Source: a virus
Virus record (IMG/VR): IMGVR_UViG_3300008259_000347
Location: 14,209 to 78,208 of that record
Direction: 5' to 3' (one strand)
DNA: 64,000 nt
Numbering within the stretch: position 1 is the first letter of the stretch; each line of letters begins with the position of its first letter. The notes beneath the pieces are model-generated. The model ran no database searches. It had not been told where the DNA came from and saw nothing but the letters and a program-made list of their open reading frames with translations. A program made the position numbers and the translations under genes. Shown here in pieces: positions 10,064 through 25,363 of the stretch.

Positions 10064-13000
10064 TGGCAAATAACGATCAAGAAGAATCTGGACTACCAAT
10101 TGGCGGCAATGAGCCAAGAAAAACTGCTAATCTACTACCTAGATTTTATAGAACATCCAGTAATAAAAAATTTTTACAAGCCACGTTAGATCAACTAACA
10201 CAGCCTGGAAAAGTTAAAAAATTAAATGGGTTTATTGGAAGACAAAATGCCAAAGCAGCCAAGTCTGACGACATTTATATCGCTGCCACTGATAAAAATA
10301 GACAAGATTATCAGTTAGAACCTGCTGCGGTAATACAAGATAAATTTGAAAATGTTACCTTTTATAAAGACTATAATGATTTTATTAATCAAGTAAATGT
10401 GTTCGGAGGTGATGTTAAGAATCACGAAAGACTGAATAAACAAGAGTCTTATAGTTGGAATCCTCACGTTGATTGGGACAAGTTTGTTAATTTCCAAAAT
10501 TATTATTGGTTAGCCTACGGTCCTGACGTTATTAAAGTATTCGGGCAACAGCTAGAAATTGAAAGCACATACACTGTTGATCTAGTTGACGAAGACGATA
10601 ATTATGCGTTTTTATTCAGTCCAAACGGTTTAACAAGAAATCCAATCTTAAGATTATTCAGAGGGCAAACTTATAACTTTACTGTTAACAGCCCTGGTAA
10701 TCCATTTAGTTTTAAGTTATCAAGAACAGGCAGCGACTTAGATAGATACACCAAAGGAGTCAGCGCATTTGCTGTTGAAGAAGGTGTTATAACTTTTAAA
10801 GTTAGAAAAGATGCTCCTGATTTATTATACTATGTAAACGAAAAAGATCCTACTGCTGGCGGTGTTATACAAATATTAGACATTGAAGAAAATACTTTTT
10901 TAGATTTACAAAAAGATATTTTAGGAAAAAAAGATTATACTTTAACATCGGGAATTAAGTTATCCAATGGCATGAAACTTAATTTTGAAGGCAATGTAAG
11001 TCCTGCTGAATATAAGGAAGGTAATTGGTATGTAGACGGAGTAGGTACAGGTATTACACTTATTCCTGAATCAGCATTGGAAATTATCAGTACCTATACT
11101 GAAGAATCTGAATTACTGTTTGATGATACGGCATTTGATAAAGATCCGTTTAGCGTTGCTAGTGCGTATCCACGAGACAATGATTATATTGTCATGGCAA
11201 GAGGATCTAAAGATAGAAATCCTTGGAGTAGATATAATCGCTGGTTCCATGGGGATGTTATCAAAGTATCAGCAGAAGCTAATGGAAAAATTCCAGACAC
11301 TGATCAAAGTCTAAGAGCAACTCGTCCTATTATAGAATTTGAAGCAAATTTAAAACTTTATAATTTTGGACATGTGGCTAAAAAAGATATTGATTTAATA
11401 GATACATTTACTACAGATGTTTTTTCTACTATAGAAGGCACCGCAGGATATAATGTAGACGGTATTGATTTGGCTCCCAATATGCGAGTTTTATTTACAG
11501 CAGATAAGGATAGACTAGTAAAAGATAAAATTTTTAAAGTGAATTTTGTCACAATTACTATACCGCAACGTCAAATTGAATTTGTTACAGATTCAACAGT
11601 AAATCCAAATACAGACATTATAACTTTTGCTTCTGATCATTTTTTAAGCACAGGATCACAAGTCACATATCTGAATAATGGAAATGACAGTATCAATGGA
11701 TTAACCAATAGACAGCAGTATTATGTGTTTGTAGTCAGTGCTACACAGATTAAATTGTTTACTGATAGTAAATTAACAAAGCAAGTGGATTTACTATCAA
11801 GAGGCACAGGAATCCATAAGTTTGAAGTTTTTTCAGGTCGTAGACGACAAATTAACTTAGTAGAAGAGCCAGATGCCGCACCTCTTCATTATGAAACTGT
11901 ATTAGTTAAACTAGGCAATACTTATAAAGGTAAGATGTATTGGTACAATGGTGCCGATTGGAAACTAGCTCAGACTAAAACAACAGTTAATCAGCCAATT
12001 CATTTTGACATATTTGATGTTGACGGTAACAGCTACGGCGATAACAGTGTGTATGATGGTTCCACTTTCAACGGTAATAAAATTTTTAGTTATAAAACAG
12101 GAACCGGCGCAAATGATAAGGTATTAGGGTTTCCTTTAAGTTACAAAAATATTAATAATGTTGGGGATATTGTTTTTACCTTTGATTTACTACAGGGATC
12201 TTTCAACTATAAAACTTTGACATCTTTACAATCTAAACGCACAGATATTGGATTCGTGAGAAAATTTTCTGGCTTAGACACATGGACTTATGAAAATGGA
12301 TGGAAGAAGTCTGAAATTCTAAATCTACAACCAGTAGTAAGAGTTTTTAAAGAATCAGGATTAATAAACGATTTTCCTATAGATGTATATGACAATACTG
12401 ACGATCTAGCAGATCTGGAAGTAAGAGTATATGTAAACGAACGCAGATTAAATCGCGAAGAATATACCTTAGAAAGAGGTGTAGTAAGATTTATAGTTGT
12501 ACTAGACAATGATGTTGCCTTGACTGATATTGTTACCTTAAGATGTTTTGCCAAACAGCCAAAAAATGAAAATGGTTATTATGAATTACCTATTTCTTTA
12601 CAAAATAATCCGTTAAACAAAAACTTAGAAAGTTTTACCTTAGGTGAAGTTGTTGATCATGTAAATTCTATTGTTGATAATATCACGGACTTTAAAGGAG
12701 TATTTCCAGGTAACGGTAATTTAAGAGATTTAGGAAACCTTACTGCGTATGGATCAAGAGTAGTTCAGCACAGTAGCCCATTAAACTTGCCTCTTTATCA
12801 TTTAACCAAAGCTGACATAAATGTAGTCAAATCAATTATACAAGCACAAGAAGACTATGCTACCTTTAAGAGAACTTTCTTAATTACATCTGGAACTACC
12901 GGTGTGGAAATGGACGCTCGTAGGCATGTTGATTTGATTCTTGAAACTATGTTAAAGGACAAGCCTAAAACATCCACTTATTATCTTTCTGATATGTTTG

Positions 13001-16000
13001 GATATGCTGGCAGTACTAGATTAGAGTATCTTGTCGAAGACGGAAGATTCCAAAGAATATTTTCTATTTCAAGATCATTTAGTCTAAGTTCTTTAAGCAA
13101 CAAAGCAGTTTACGTTTATAGAAATGGCGAGCAATTAATTGAAGGGCAGGATTATGTATTCGGCAACGACGATGTATTTTTTAATATTATCGGCGAATTG
13201 AATGATGATGACATAATTGAAGTTTATGAATATGAGAGCACAGACGGAAGTTTTTGCCCACCAACACCTACTAAATTAGGATTATATCCTAAATTTAAAC
13301 CTAGAATATATGTTGACGACACTTACTTAGAGCCAAGAACAGTTATACAAGGTCACGATGGTAGTATTACATTAGCCTATGGCGATTACAGAGATGATCT
13401 GTTGTTAGAATTAGAACTAAGAATTTATAATAATTGTAAACAAGCATACGATCCAAGTATGTTTGACATCTACGATTATATTCCTGGATATAGTAGAAAA
13501 ACTGCTTACACTAAAGAAGAATTTGAACGTGTACTCAGTCCTAGCTTTTTTCAATGGACTAACAATATAAATCAAGATTTTACTAAGCAGACCTACTGGG
13601 ATAGAGAAGAACCTTTTACATTTAACTATAGAGGAAATTATTATCCAGACGGCACAGATAGTCAGGCCTTTTGGAGAGGAATTTATGCGTGGTTGTTTGA
13701 CACAGATAGGCCACACACTAATCCATGGGAGTGTTTAGGATTTAGTATTGAACCTTCATGGTGGCAAGAAGTTTACGGACCTGCTCCTTATACTAAAGAC
13801 AACCAATTATTATGGGAAGATCTTTCACAAGGTATTATTAGAGAGCCAGGTTTACCTCCAAGATATCATTCAAAATTTGCTAGACCTTTGATAATAAATC
13901 CTCCAGTAGATGAGTTAGGTAACTTAATTAATCCTTTAGACACTAACTATGTGTCAGGACCAATAAAATCTACTGCTGAAGGTTTTTATGCTTTCGGAGA
14001 CAGAAGTCCGGTTGAATCAGCTTGGCGTAGAAGCAGTTATTATCCCTTCGCAATAATTAAAACAATATTACTACTTTGTCCTAACACTGTAATGTCAGTG
14101 TGCTTTGATAGAAGTAGACAGATTAGAAATAAAACTAATCAAATAGTCTATCAACCAACCGGCTTAAGAATTAAGTTATCGGACATAGTATTACCGTCTA
14201 CTGTAAACAGCACTAGCAGAGTCTTTTCATCTGGGTTGATTAATTATATTGTTGATTATGCTACTTCAGATATAACATTTAAAATTGACGAATATAAAGA
14301 AGATTTACAATTATTAACTAATAAAATTTCTTATAGACTAGGCGGATTTACTAGTAAAAATAAATTTAATATTTTATTAGACAGTAAAAATCCTACAAGT
14401 TCAGGCGGCGTTTTTGTTCCTGATGACAATTTTAACGTATTCTTAAATGTATCTAGTCCTGTTAAAAAACTAGCATACAGTGGTGTAATTGTCAGTAAGT
14501 TTTCAGACGGCTACGAACTCAGAGGATACAATGTTGATGAACCTTTCTTTACTTACTATTCATTTAGACAAAATGATAGAACTATAAGAATTGGAGGAAT
14601 ATCAGAAAGTTATATTGAATGGGATACTAATAAAACTTATGTAGCAGGTAAAATTGTTTCTAACGGCAATGTGTATTACAGAGTTAAAACTACACATCAA
14701 TCTGGCGACGTGTTCGATGAAAATCTATATGCTAGGTTGCCAGGTCTTCCAATGATTGGTGGAACCGAAGCTATCTTAAGAAAGAGCTGGGATAAAAATC
14801 AAGAATTATATCTTGCTTATGGAACTCGATTGACTACAATTCAAGAAGTAGTTGATTTTCTACAAGGATACGGAGCCTATCTAGAAGAACAAGGTTTCGT
14901 CTTCGATCAATATAATCCACAAATAAAAGCAGTTGCTAATTGGGAAAACAGTGTTAACGAATTCCTATTCTGGACTACACAAAGTTGGGGAGAAGGTTCT
15001 GCTATTTCGTTAAGCCCCGCAGCTACTAAGCTGATAATTTCTAGCGAAAAGTCAGTAGTTGATGATATTAGAAATACTTTTTACGGATATAAAATTTTTA
15101 GAGTAGACGGGCAATTATTGCCTGCTGATTTTACTAGTACATTTAGAGAAGATACAACTTTTACTCTAGTTCCTGAAAATACTGCTCACGGAATTTATGG
15201 TGGTATTTTTTATCTAGTACAAAAAGAACATGTATTATTGTTAGATAATACTACATTGTTTAATGATGTAATCTATGATCAGGAACCTGGGTATAGACAA
15301 GAACGTGTTAAGGTTATAGGCTATGTGACCACAGACTGGAATGGTGGGTTTGATATTCCTGGATTTATATTCGATCAAGCTATTATACAAGATTACGAGC
15401 CTTGGACAGATTATAATCTAGGCGATATTGTCAAATACAAAGAATATTATTATAGTGCTAAAAAATTTGTAGTAGGAGCAGAGTCATTTTCTTCAGATGA
15501 ATGGACATTGCTAAGAGAAAAACCAACTCCAACATTATTACCTAATTGGGACTACAGGGCAGAACAATTTACAGATTTTTACGATTTAGATACTGATAAC
15601 TTTGATAGCGAGCAGCAGAGAATGGCGCAGCACTTGATTGGTTATCAAAATCGTCAATATCTTGAGAATATTATTAAAGACGATGTCAGCCAGTATAAAT
15701 TTTATCAAGGCATGATTATAGAAAAAGGCACGCAGAATGTTCTTAATAAGTTGTTTGATGTATTAAGTGCTGACAATCAAGAAAGTCTAACATTTAATGA
15801 AGAATGGGCTGTACGTGTTGGAGAGTACGGAGCAAGTAATGTATTTGATGAAGTTGAATTTAAATTAGACGAATCATCATTCAAATTAAATCCACAACCT
15901 ATACAGTTGGTAAATGAAATATCTACAAATACTGATTTAATTTATCGTATACGTACAGGAGAAGTATATGTAAAGCCAGTGGGTTATAATAATAATCCAT

Positions 16001-19000
16001 GGCCCACTGCTAATGTAAAGAAAACATTAAGATCCCCTGGATATGTAAGATATGAAGATGTAAAACTAAACGTAAACACTCTTGATGATGCTATCGTTAA
16101 TGATATTGATACATTCGAAGAAGGCGATTATGTCTGGGCTGCTTTTGAAAATAGAGACTGGAATGTATATAGATTTACTAAGAATACTTTTACAGTCGAA
16201 GACGTTGAGTATGCTGACGGAAAATTAACAATACAGTGTAATCAGTTTCCAAGTATGGTAGTGGGCGAAATTATCGGAATAACACACGCTGATAAGATAA
16301 GCGGTTTTTATAAAATAGACAGTATTGATGCTAGAAAAATCACAATTAACACTATAATTAAAGACTGGAAGCCTCCGTTTACAGACAGTAGTCAGATATT
16401 AACATATAAATTTATTTCTAGTAGAGTTGATTCTATTGATAATGCTAATGAAAGTTTGCCTCCTTACATAAAAAATAAAGAACTTTTATGGGCAGATGTT
16501 GGTAGTAGAAATTTATCTTACAATGGTCAAGTTCCTTATACTGTATATTCTAATGAAAAGGTATTTTTAAGAACAGCTTTAGAAAACACTACACCTGGAA
16601 CAGAATTACAATTTGGAACTAAAGTATCTATATCAAAGAATGGAAAATACTTAGCTTCATCTACCGCAGCAAATGAAGTTTATATTTTTGAAAAAGCCCC
16701 AGGAACTGATATATGGTTACAACAACAGTATATAACTCCTAATCTAAACTTAGCTAGTACAGTAAACTTAAACTTCGGAGCAGAAACTGCTTTTAGCTCT
16801 GACGGTAAATGGTTAGCTATTGCTGCTCCTACAGCATCTAGTATTAAAACAAACTGGAAAGGAGATTTTAATGCTAGTAGTTCTTACGCATTCGGGGACA
16901 TGGTACAGATTCGAAACACACATTTTAGTGCTAGAATAAGTTATGCGGGAGATGGATCGAGTATAGACAGATTCAGCCAAGATTGGGCACCAGCATATCT
17001 TGTTACCACAGAAGAATCTAAAACAGCAAATTCTAATGTAAATCAGGGGTATGTGAATTTATACATAAGAACCCCTGGCGGGCAATATAATCTATTCCAT
17101 TCATTTGTAAGTCCAAATCCTACTACAGGCGAAAAGTTTGGATCAAAGATGACCTTTGCTAAAAACGGCAGTGAGTATGTGCTGGCTATCACTAGTTCTG
17201 GTTACAATGAAAACTAATGCCAGCGGCTGGCAGCTATTAGACAATATTAATATTCTAGGATATTTTCCTCAGGAAGTTGTATCTAATGCTGTGGATAGAA
17301 CTCCTATTGTCATTACAAATATTTTACCAAATACACCAGCTGCGTTGCCTGGGAAAAAAATTACACGAGCCACAGTATATTATGCCGCCCAAGGTACCGC
17401 TCCTTTTGTAGCAGGCCAGTTTGTAGAAATTAGAGCAGTTGTACCGTTTGATTATAACGGAGATTGGTTAGTAATTAGTAGCACTACGACACAAACTGTT
17501 ATTGAATGTACCTTACTGGATAAACTACCAGGAACAAGTATTACCCATCCGAAATATATTTTTGTTTCAGGTGGTGTAATTACTTCAGCTATAATTTCAC
17601 CAACTAAAGAACAAAATGTAGAATCTGTTCTGGCTGGGGATCTATTCGGATACGACATGAAAATGTCCGGCGACGGAAGCAAATTAGTAATTAGTGCTCC
17701 GAACGCAGATCAAAACACATACACGAATTACAAAGGCACATTTAGATCAACAGAAAAGTATGACCTAAATGATGTAGTGTATTATCCTGGAGGTGTCGAC
17801 CCAGCGGGGTATTATAGGTATAATGTTACTTTTGATAGTTCAGTGGCAGGATCGTTTGATAGTACACAATGGACTTTAATATCTAATACTATAAACAAGA
17901 ATACAGGAAAAATATTTACTTACGAGTATGATGGCGATGCTTATGTATTAATTGATACACTGGGTGCTCAAAATCTTAATTTAGAATTAGAAGAAAGATT
18001 TGGAGAAAGTCTTAGTATATCAGACTCTGGAAGTCACTTAGCAGTTGGTTCTTCTTTATATACTGGTAAGTTTTCTAATCAAGGTGCTGTAAAAATATTT
18101 GAAGCATATTCTGGCTCTTGGTCTTTATATCAAAATTTAACCAGTGCTATACCGGGAACTAATCATAAATTTGGACATTATGTAGAGTTTATGAATGATG
18201 CTGATACTTTAGTTGTATACAGTCCAAACGCTGATATAAAAAATGAAACTACTTTTGATAATTCTACTACTGGATTTGATAATAGTACATTAAGAATTAT
18301 TGATTTACAAGTGTTAACTGGGCGTGTTGATATTTTTGACAAATATAATACTAACTATATTTTTGGAGAAAGTCTAACCACAGCATCTTACAATGATACT
18401 ACAGATGGATACGGAACCAGTATATCTGTAGGTTCAAACAACCTAGCAGTATCTGCTCCTAGAGAAGAAGATCAAATCTATAAAGATTCAGGAATAATTT
18501 ATACCTATAGAAAGCCATCAGGTAAAACTAGCTGGACTACCTTACATTATGAACGTGCTAGACCAAATGTGTATCAAATTAAAAAAGCATTTTTATATAA
18601 TCGTAGAGAAAACATCTTAATAAAATATCTTGATATTGTAGATCCTATCCAAGGAAAAATTCCTGGACCAGCTGATCAAGAAATTAAATTTAAAACATAC
18701 TTTGATCCAGCTACTTATTCAGTAGGAGATACTAGAGTAAATGTCGATGATGGTATGGCATGGACTAATATCAATGTTGGAACATTGTGGTGGGATTTAA
18801 CCAACGCTAAGTTCTTGGAAAATCAAGGCGGCGAGATTATATTTAGATCTACTACATGGAACACATTGTATGAAACAGCCAGCGTTGACATTTACGAGTG
18901 GACTGAAAGTAAATTATTACCTTCAGAAAGAGACAAAATTGCGGACACTGAAAAAGGTTTAATTTCAGGTATTAGCGGTAAATCTAAGTATGGAGATAGT

Positions 19001-22000
19001 GTTTATAGTATAAAGAAAAAGTATGACACTATAAGCAAGACATTTACTAACACCTATTACTATTGGGTAAAAAACAGCACTATTGTTCCTAACAAAGAAG
19101 GTAGAATTTTACCAGCAGAATCTATTTCAAGATTAATTTCTGATCCAAAGAGTTACGGGTATCCATGTTTAGCACTACTAGGACCTGATAGCTTTAGTTT
19201 AGTAAACTGCGATAGCTACTTAAAAGATAAAGATATTGTATTAAGTGTTCAATATTGGATCACTGACAACAAAGAAGGTAATGCTCACACACAGTGGAAA
19301 ATCATAAGTGAAAATATTAACACAGTTATTCCTTATGAAATAGAGCAAAAATGGTTAGACAGTTTGTTAGGTAAAGACAAAAATGGTCGCACCGTACCAG
19401 ATCTCAGATTACCAGTAAAACAACGTTTTGGTATTGAAAACAGACCAAGACAAAGTATGTTCTTGAATAGAATAGAAGCTCTTAAACAGTTTATTGAACG
19501 TACAAATACTGTACTAAAAGATAATTTAATTGTTGACGAATTTGATTTAACACCTTTGGCTAGATTTGAAGAAAAACCCAGTGCTGTAACTGGATTATGG
19601 GACGTTACAATCGATACAGATCCAGAATTAAGATTTGTAGGTACTAGTCAATTATCGCAAATTGCGTTATCTCCTGTGATTGAAAATGGTAAAATTATTG
19701 ACGTGGAAGTAATTAGTCCCGGTAAAGGCTATGTAAATTCTCCTCCAGTTCGTATAACTGGTAAAGGCACAGGAGCGGAAATTAAGATTATTCTTTCTGA
19801 TACTGGATCTGTACAGACAGTTGAAATTTTATCACAAGGCATTGGATATAAAAACGACACTGTATTAACAGTTCGTCCTTTTAGTGTGTTAGTCTTAAGC
19901 GATAGCGAAAGTTATGATAAGTGGACAATTTATCACTATAATAGATTAGACAGGTCGTGGAGTAAAGCCAGAACACAAACTTTTGATGTGACTAAATTCT
20001 GGAATTATATTGATTGGTATTCATCTAATTATAATCAGTTTACTAAAGTAAATCATATTGTAGAAAATACCTACGAGTTGGCTTCATTAGAATCTAATAT
20101 AGGCAGTATTGTAAAAGTTAAGAATGTAGGATCTGGCGGGTGGTTATTGCTTGAGAAATACAGTAATGTTGTAACCATTGATTATACACAAAATTATAGA
20201 GTGGTTGGAAGACAGAATGGAACTATTAAATTCTTAGATTTACTATATAACTTTAAAAACCAATCTTTAGGATTTGATGGACCTCTTTACGATTCTGACC
20301 AGTACGACACTGTGCCTACAACAGAATTATCTATAATCTTAGATACAATTAAGACAAAGATATTAGTAGATAATTTAAGAGTAGAATATCTAAAACTATT
20401 CTTTGCCAGCGTAAGATATGCTTTATATGAACAGCCTTTCTTAGATTGGGCTATGAAGACTAGCTTTGTAAAAGCCACTCATAATGCCGGCGAATTGAAA
20501 CAAAAAATTACTTTTAACAGTGATAATTTAGAAGATTTTGAAAATTATGTTAAAGAAGTAAAACCATTCAGAACAAAGGTTAGAGAATATGTCAGTGCTT
20601 ATACTAGAGTAGAAAATGCTCCACTGTCAGTAACAGACTTTGATTTGCCGCCAATTATCGACGATGATTTTAAAATTCTTCCTTTGAGTGCTGTACTTAG
20701 TGAAAATTATTCTATAGGATCTTCGTATGCTCAACTACTTGATTATCCTTGGAGACATTGGTATGATAATGCCAGTTACAGTGTAGAAACACTGGAACTT
20801 GTAGACGGTGGTACAGGGTATGTTGAACCTCCTGTAGTTAAAATAATAGACGATTATGGTATAGTAACTTCTACTAACGAGTTAAAATCTAATTTTGATG
20901 GTCCTAATAGTTTTTGGATTTTAGAAGAAGGCACTATGAAGATTGTGGCTACCGGCTTGCCGTACCACAGTTACGGTAATCAAGAAGCTGAACACGTAGC
21001 CACAGATCAAGGGTATAGTCAAATTTTACCTTTAAGAGGCGGCACGTATACAGCTGGCGGACACGCTGATATTCCAGAAGGTATCATAGGATATTGGTTA
21101 AATGGAGTAGCAGTATATAATCCTAGTGCTGAAAATCTTGCTCCTCAAGGTTTAGAATCTATAACAGATTACAATTATAATGCTGCTTATGCTAGTACTC
21201 AAGTATTAGAATACACATTTAATCAGGATCAAACAGGAGGCATAGCAGATCAAGACGGACGATATTCTTATAGAGATTTTAGTTTTAGAAGTGCTTGGTT
21301 ATCTGGTATCGGTAACGATTTAGGAGATATCGATAGAATAGACACATCTGAAATTCCTTATCTAAGATCCGGCCTCGAACATGCTGACGGACACAGTAAA
21401 ATATTAGGGTTTGCTTTAGATGGTTACCCAATATATGGACCTAACGGTTACAGTTTAGCTACAGATCCTACAAGCGGAATTTCTAGAATGACTTCTAGTT
21501 ATGATTTAAAAGTTCCATCTTATAGAACAGGTGTGATAGCAGATTTACAAACATATCCTATGGGCATGTTTATACAAGACTATACATACACAGGTAACGG
21601 AACCTTAGACAAACACAACGGAAGATATTGTATTACTCCTGATTATCCTAACGGAACTTATGCTTATTTTGTTACTACAACAAATGCTGGAACTCCAGTT
21701 TATCCTTATGTAGTTGGACCAACTTTCTTTGGAGATGCTGCTCCTCAAGATCGTAATGATGCTAGCAATGGAAAAGGAACACCTCCAAGAACTTATAGTA
21801 TCTTTAACAGTAAAGCTATTCAAGCTACAGCTAAGGCTTATATTACTAATGGTAAAGTTACCAGAATCACATTAATTACTGCTGGTTCTGGTTATTTAAA
21901 AGCTCCTAGGGTAGAGTTTGATGGCGGGTTAGACACTAATATTATTCATAGGCCTGCTCAAGCAGTGGCCATGTTAAAGAGTAATGTGGTTAGATCTAAT

Positions 22001-25000
22001 AAAATAGTAATTAAGTTTGATAGAATAACCAGAAATTATGTTGTTACTGAGTTGTCGCAAACAGAAACATTTACAGGAACAGGTAGTAGAAAACAATTTG
22101 CGTTAAGATTTAGTCCAGTGCTAACTGTTGGTAATACTATAGTCAAAATAAATGGCAATGAAATTCTAAGAGATGATTACGCATTGTCTGTTAAGAAAAC
22201 CACAGTAAAAGGATTTACAAGTTATTACGGTGTCCTTACTTTCGAAAATGCTCCTGTTGTTAATAGTAGTATAGAAATCACTTACGATAAGAATTTTGAA
22301 CATTTATCTGCTGCTGATAGAATTAATTTCTATTACAATCCGCAAACTGGCCAATTAGGTAAAGACCTAGCACAGTTAATGACAGGTATTGATTATGGCG
22401 GCGTAATCGTCAGCGGATTAGGATTAAGTCTAGGCGGCGGTTGGGATAGTCAACCTTGGTTTAACGACGGCTGGGATTCTTATGACGTAGGATTTACTGA
22501 TTACATCGTTACTGTGAGCGATAGTACTTACGTATATGATTTACCTTATACTCCTGCTATAGGAGAACAAATTAACGTCTATGTAAATGGTGTAAGAATT
22601 GATGACGAGTATTTTGACAGTTACAATGGTGTAACAGTACAACCTAACGGTAGAACTAGTGCTCCTGAAGGTAGGGCAATGCAGACTTGGACAGGTGACG
22701 GATTAAGTAAAACCATAGAATTACCAAATCTGACCAGTGCTGTACCAGTCGATATTAATACTGGCGACAAAGTAATTTTCCGTAAGAGTACTAGTGATGG
22801 TAGTATTAACCCAGATCCAAAGAGTTTTGATACTCAACTACAAGGCGGAAATTTAAGTTATACAACTGCCACAGGATTTGCTCCTGATGATATTTTAGTA
22901 GAAGGTGGTGGTAGATTTATTACTCCTGAAACTAGTCATGCTCCAGAAGAAATAGTGCCTGGACATATTACTGACACACTGAATATTAAGGTATTCAGAG
23001 TACCTCGTTCAGGTTCATCTACGATTGTAAGTAAAAATTACATTTGTGACGGTGTAACTACTGAATTCAGTATCGGACAATTTCCTAACAATACAGCAGG
23101 AGTGTTTGTTAACTTAGATAATGTTATTTTACAATTAGACACAGACTATACTATTGACTGGCAATCAAAGACAGTGAATATGATTGTAGCACCAGCAGAT
23201 AAGAAAATTATTAATATTTCTAGTTTTGGTGCCGCTAGCGAAAATATTTTAGATTCAAATTATTTTATTGCTGACGGTAGCACTTCAGATTATATTACAA
23301 ATGCTCCTTGGCCACAATTATACTCAGACGATGACTTCCAACAAAGTATAGATCGTTTAGGATCTGTAGTTCTTGTTAATAATCAAGCAGTAGAGTATGA
23401 ACTGTTTAGAACAGACGAGTCATACGAAACTACTGGATTTGTGGGAATAAGATTCCCACAGCCTCCTGATTATGATGCTATCATTAATTATATTATGACA
23501 GGAGATGCTAACACTAGTATATCAATTGTCAATTCTGTTACTTTAGACATTGATGGTTCTACTTCTAGTTATAGTTTAGACAGTGTTCCTTTAGACATGT
23601 CTAAGCCGTATGAAAACTACATGCTAGTAACTAACAATGGAGACTTATTACGTCCTATGGATTCAATCTATTGGACATTAAAAGATAATGAATATCTATA
23701 CACTATACCTACTTATAAAGTACTACCATTTACTTTAGACCCAAGCACTATCAAAGTCTATATTAATGGAGAACAGTTAAGTTCGTTGGATTATACTTTA
23801 AACAATGTGAACTTAACTATTGAAATTCGAGACTTTGTTTATGTAGAAAGCGGTATATTAACACTGGTAAGATTTGAAGATAGTGATTATACAATCAGTG
23901 GAAACAACATTATATTTGATACAGCACCATCTGGAAATGTAGAAGTTACTACTTTCTTTAATCATTCTGTTCAAAACATTATAAGAACCAAAGAATTTTT
24001 TAATATTACTTCCGCTTTAGTTCCTGGCAGTATTTCATACTATCAGTATCAGAGTATGCGAGGAGGTTCTTTAAGATTGTTTAGAACTACACAAGCAGAC
24101 GATTATGTATGGATAGCCAAGAATAGAAAGTTATTAGTTCATAGTATAGATTACTATCTAGATGATGATTATAGAACCGTTAAATTCAAAGATGCTTTTG
24201 AAGAAACTGATGTGATTGACGTAATTCTATTTGGTGATAAAAATGTAACCAATGGATTTGGATTCATGCAGTTTAAGGATATGCTGAACAGAACTCATTA
24301 CAAGAGAATCAGCAAAGACAAGAGCACACGACTAGCAAAAGATTTAAAACAAAAGGATCTTACCATAGAAGTAGAAAATGGTGCTGTATTAACTGAGCCT
24401 AATCGTACACTAAATCTTCCAGGTATTATTGAAATTAATGGAGAACGTATCGAGTATTTGACTAAAACTGGCAACGTTTTAGGACAATTGCGTAGAGCTA
24501 CATTAGGCACAGGTAGTCCTGCTATCCATAAACTTACTTCTGTAGTGTTAGATATTGGTCCTACTGAAACTATACCTTACAATGATGAATTTATTGTAGA
24601 ATCTAGTATTGGTGACGGTAGCACTAAAAACATTAGATTAAGTTATGCTCCTACTAAAGTTGATGTAGACTGGTATACAGACACTATTCCAGCCAATAAC
24701 GGACGCAGCGATGAAATTGAAGTGTTTGTCGGCGGCTATAGATTGAAGAAAAATGCTTATAGTTTATTTGGAGAGAATAATCAGTATCCAGATAGCCCAG
24801 AAGGTGATAGCCAATACGAAGCTGAATTCAGTGTCGATGGAACCGAACAAGTACGATTAACTAACGAAGTAGCTGAAAATGTTAAGATTACTGTTATTAA
24901 GAAAGTTGGAAGAGTGTGGGAAGATCCTGCTCCAGCAGAAAGAGTATTTAAAAACATTCAAGCAGGCAGCGGCGGCGCAACTTTTGATGTGACTAAAAAC

Positions 25001-25363
25001 GGCACTACCTACGTGTTGACTATGAAACGTGGCGGCATTAACTATACTGTAGGTGATACTTTAATAATATTGGGGTCAAGATTGGGCGGTGTTACTCCTG
25101 AAAATGATATCACTATAACAGTTACAGACGTATCTGATGATAGTTCGTCTAGTATCTTAACTTATACATATCAAGGCCAAGGTGCTAGATCTGGATATAC
25201 TACTTCAAGTTTATCAGATTCTGACAATGCAGTAGCTAATTTCTTGAAAAACACTGAGGCAGTTTGGCCACAATACTTGGCTGATAAATATCAATATGTA
25301 TTATTAACTGAAACCGGCGAAAGTATTACTGTAGACGGCGACGAACCCCTGGAGCTCGATTAA
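10063..25363 (+). CDS. giant baseplate wedge/fibre-associated virion protein, probably one gene >5000 aa broken near 17213 (ORFs 10063-17217 and 17156-25363)
   Basis: gp7-like N-terminus (NLLPRFYRT..NKKFL.ATLDQL). FG-GAP propeller blades continue across the break. CBM-like W...Y..GD.V repeats, a YHYH domain and DG.T..F Ig-like repeats. Confidence 0.7.
16610..18490 (+). repeat. about seven FG-GAP/integrin-alpha-like beta-propeller blades
   Basis: FGTKVSISKNGKYLA, FGAETAFSSDGKWLAIAAP, FGSKMTF, FGYDMKMSGDGSKLVISAP, FGESLSISDSGSHLAVGS, FGHYVEF, YGTSISVGSNNLAVSAP. Confidence 0.7.

Noticed and set aside
17156-17217. Programmed ribosomal frameshift or stop-codon recoding at the ORF breaks
   Set aside because: No canonical slippery heptamer with a downstream structure was seen, sequence seems to be missing at the junctions, and long ORFs read normally in the standard code.
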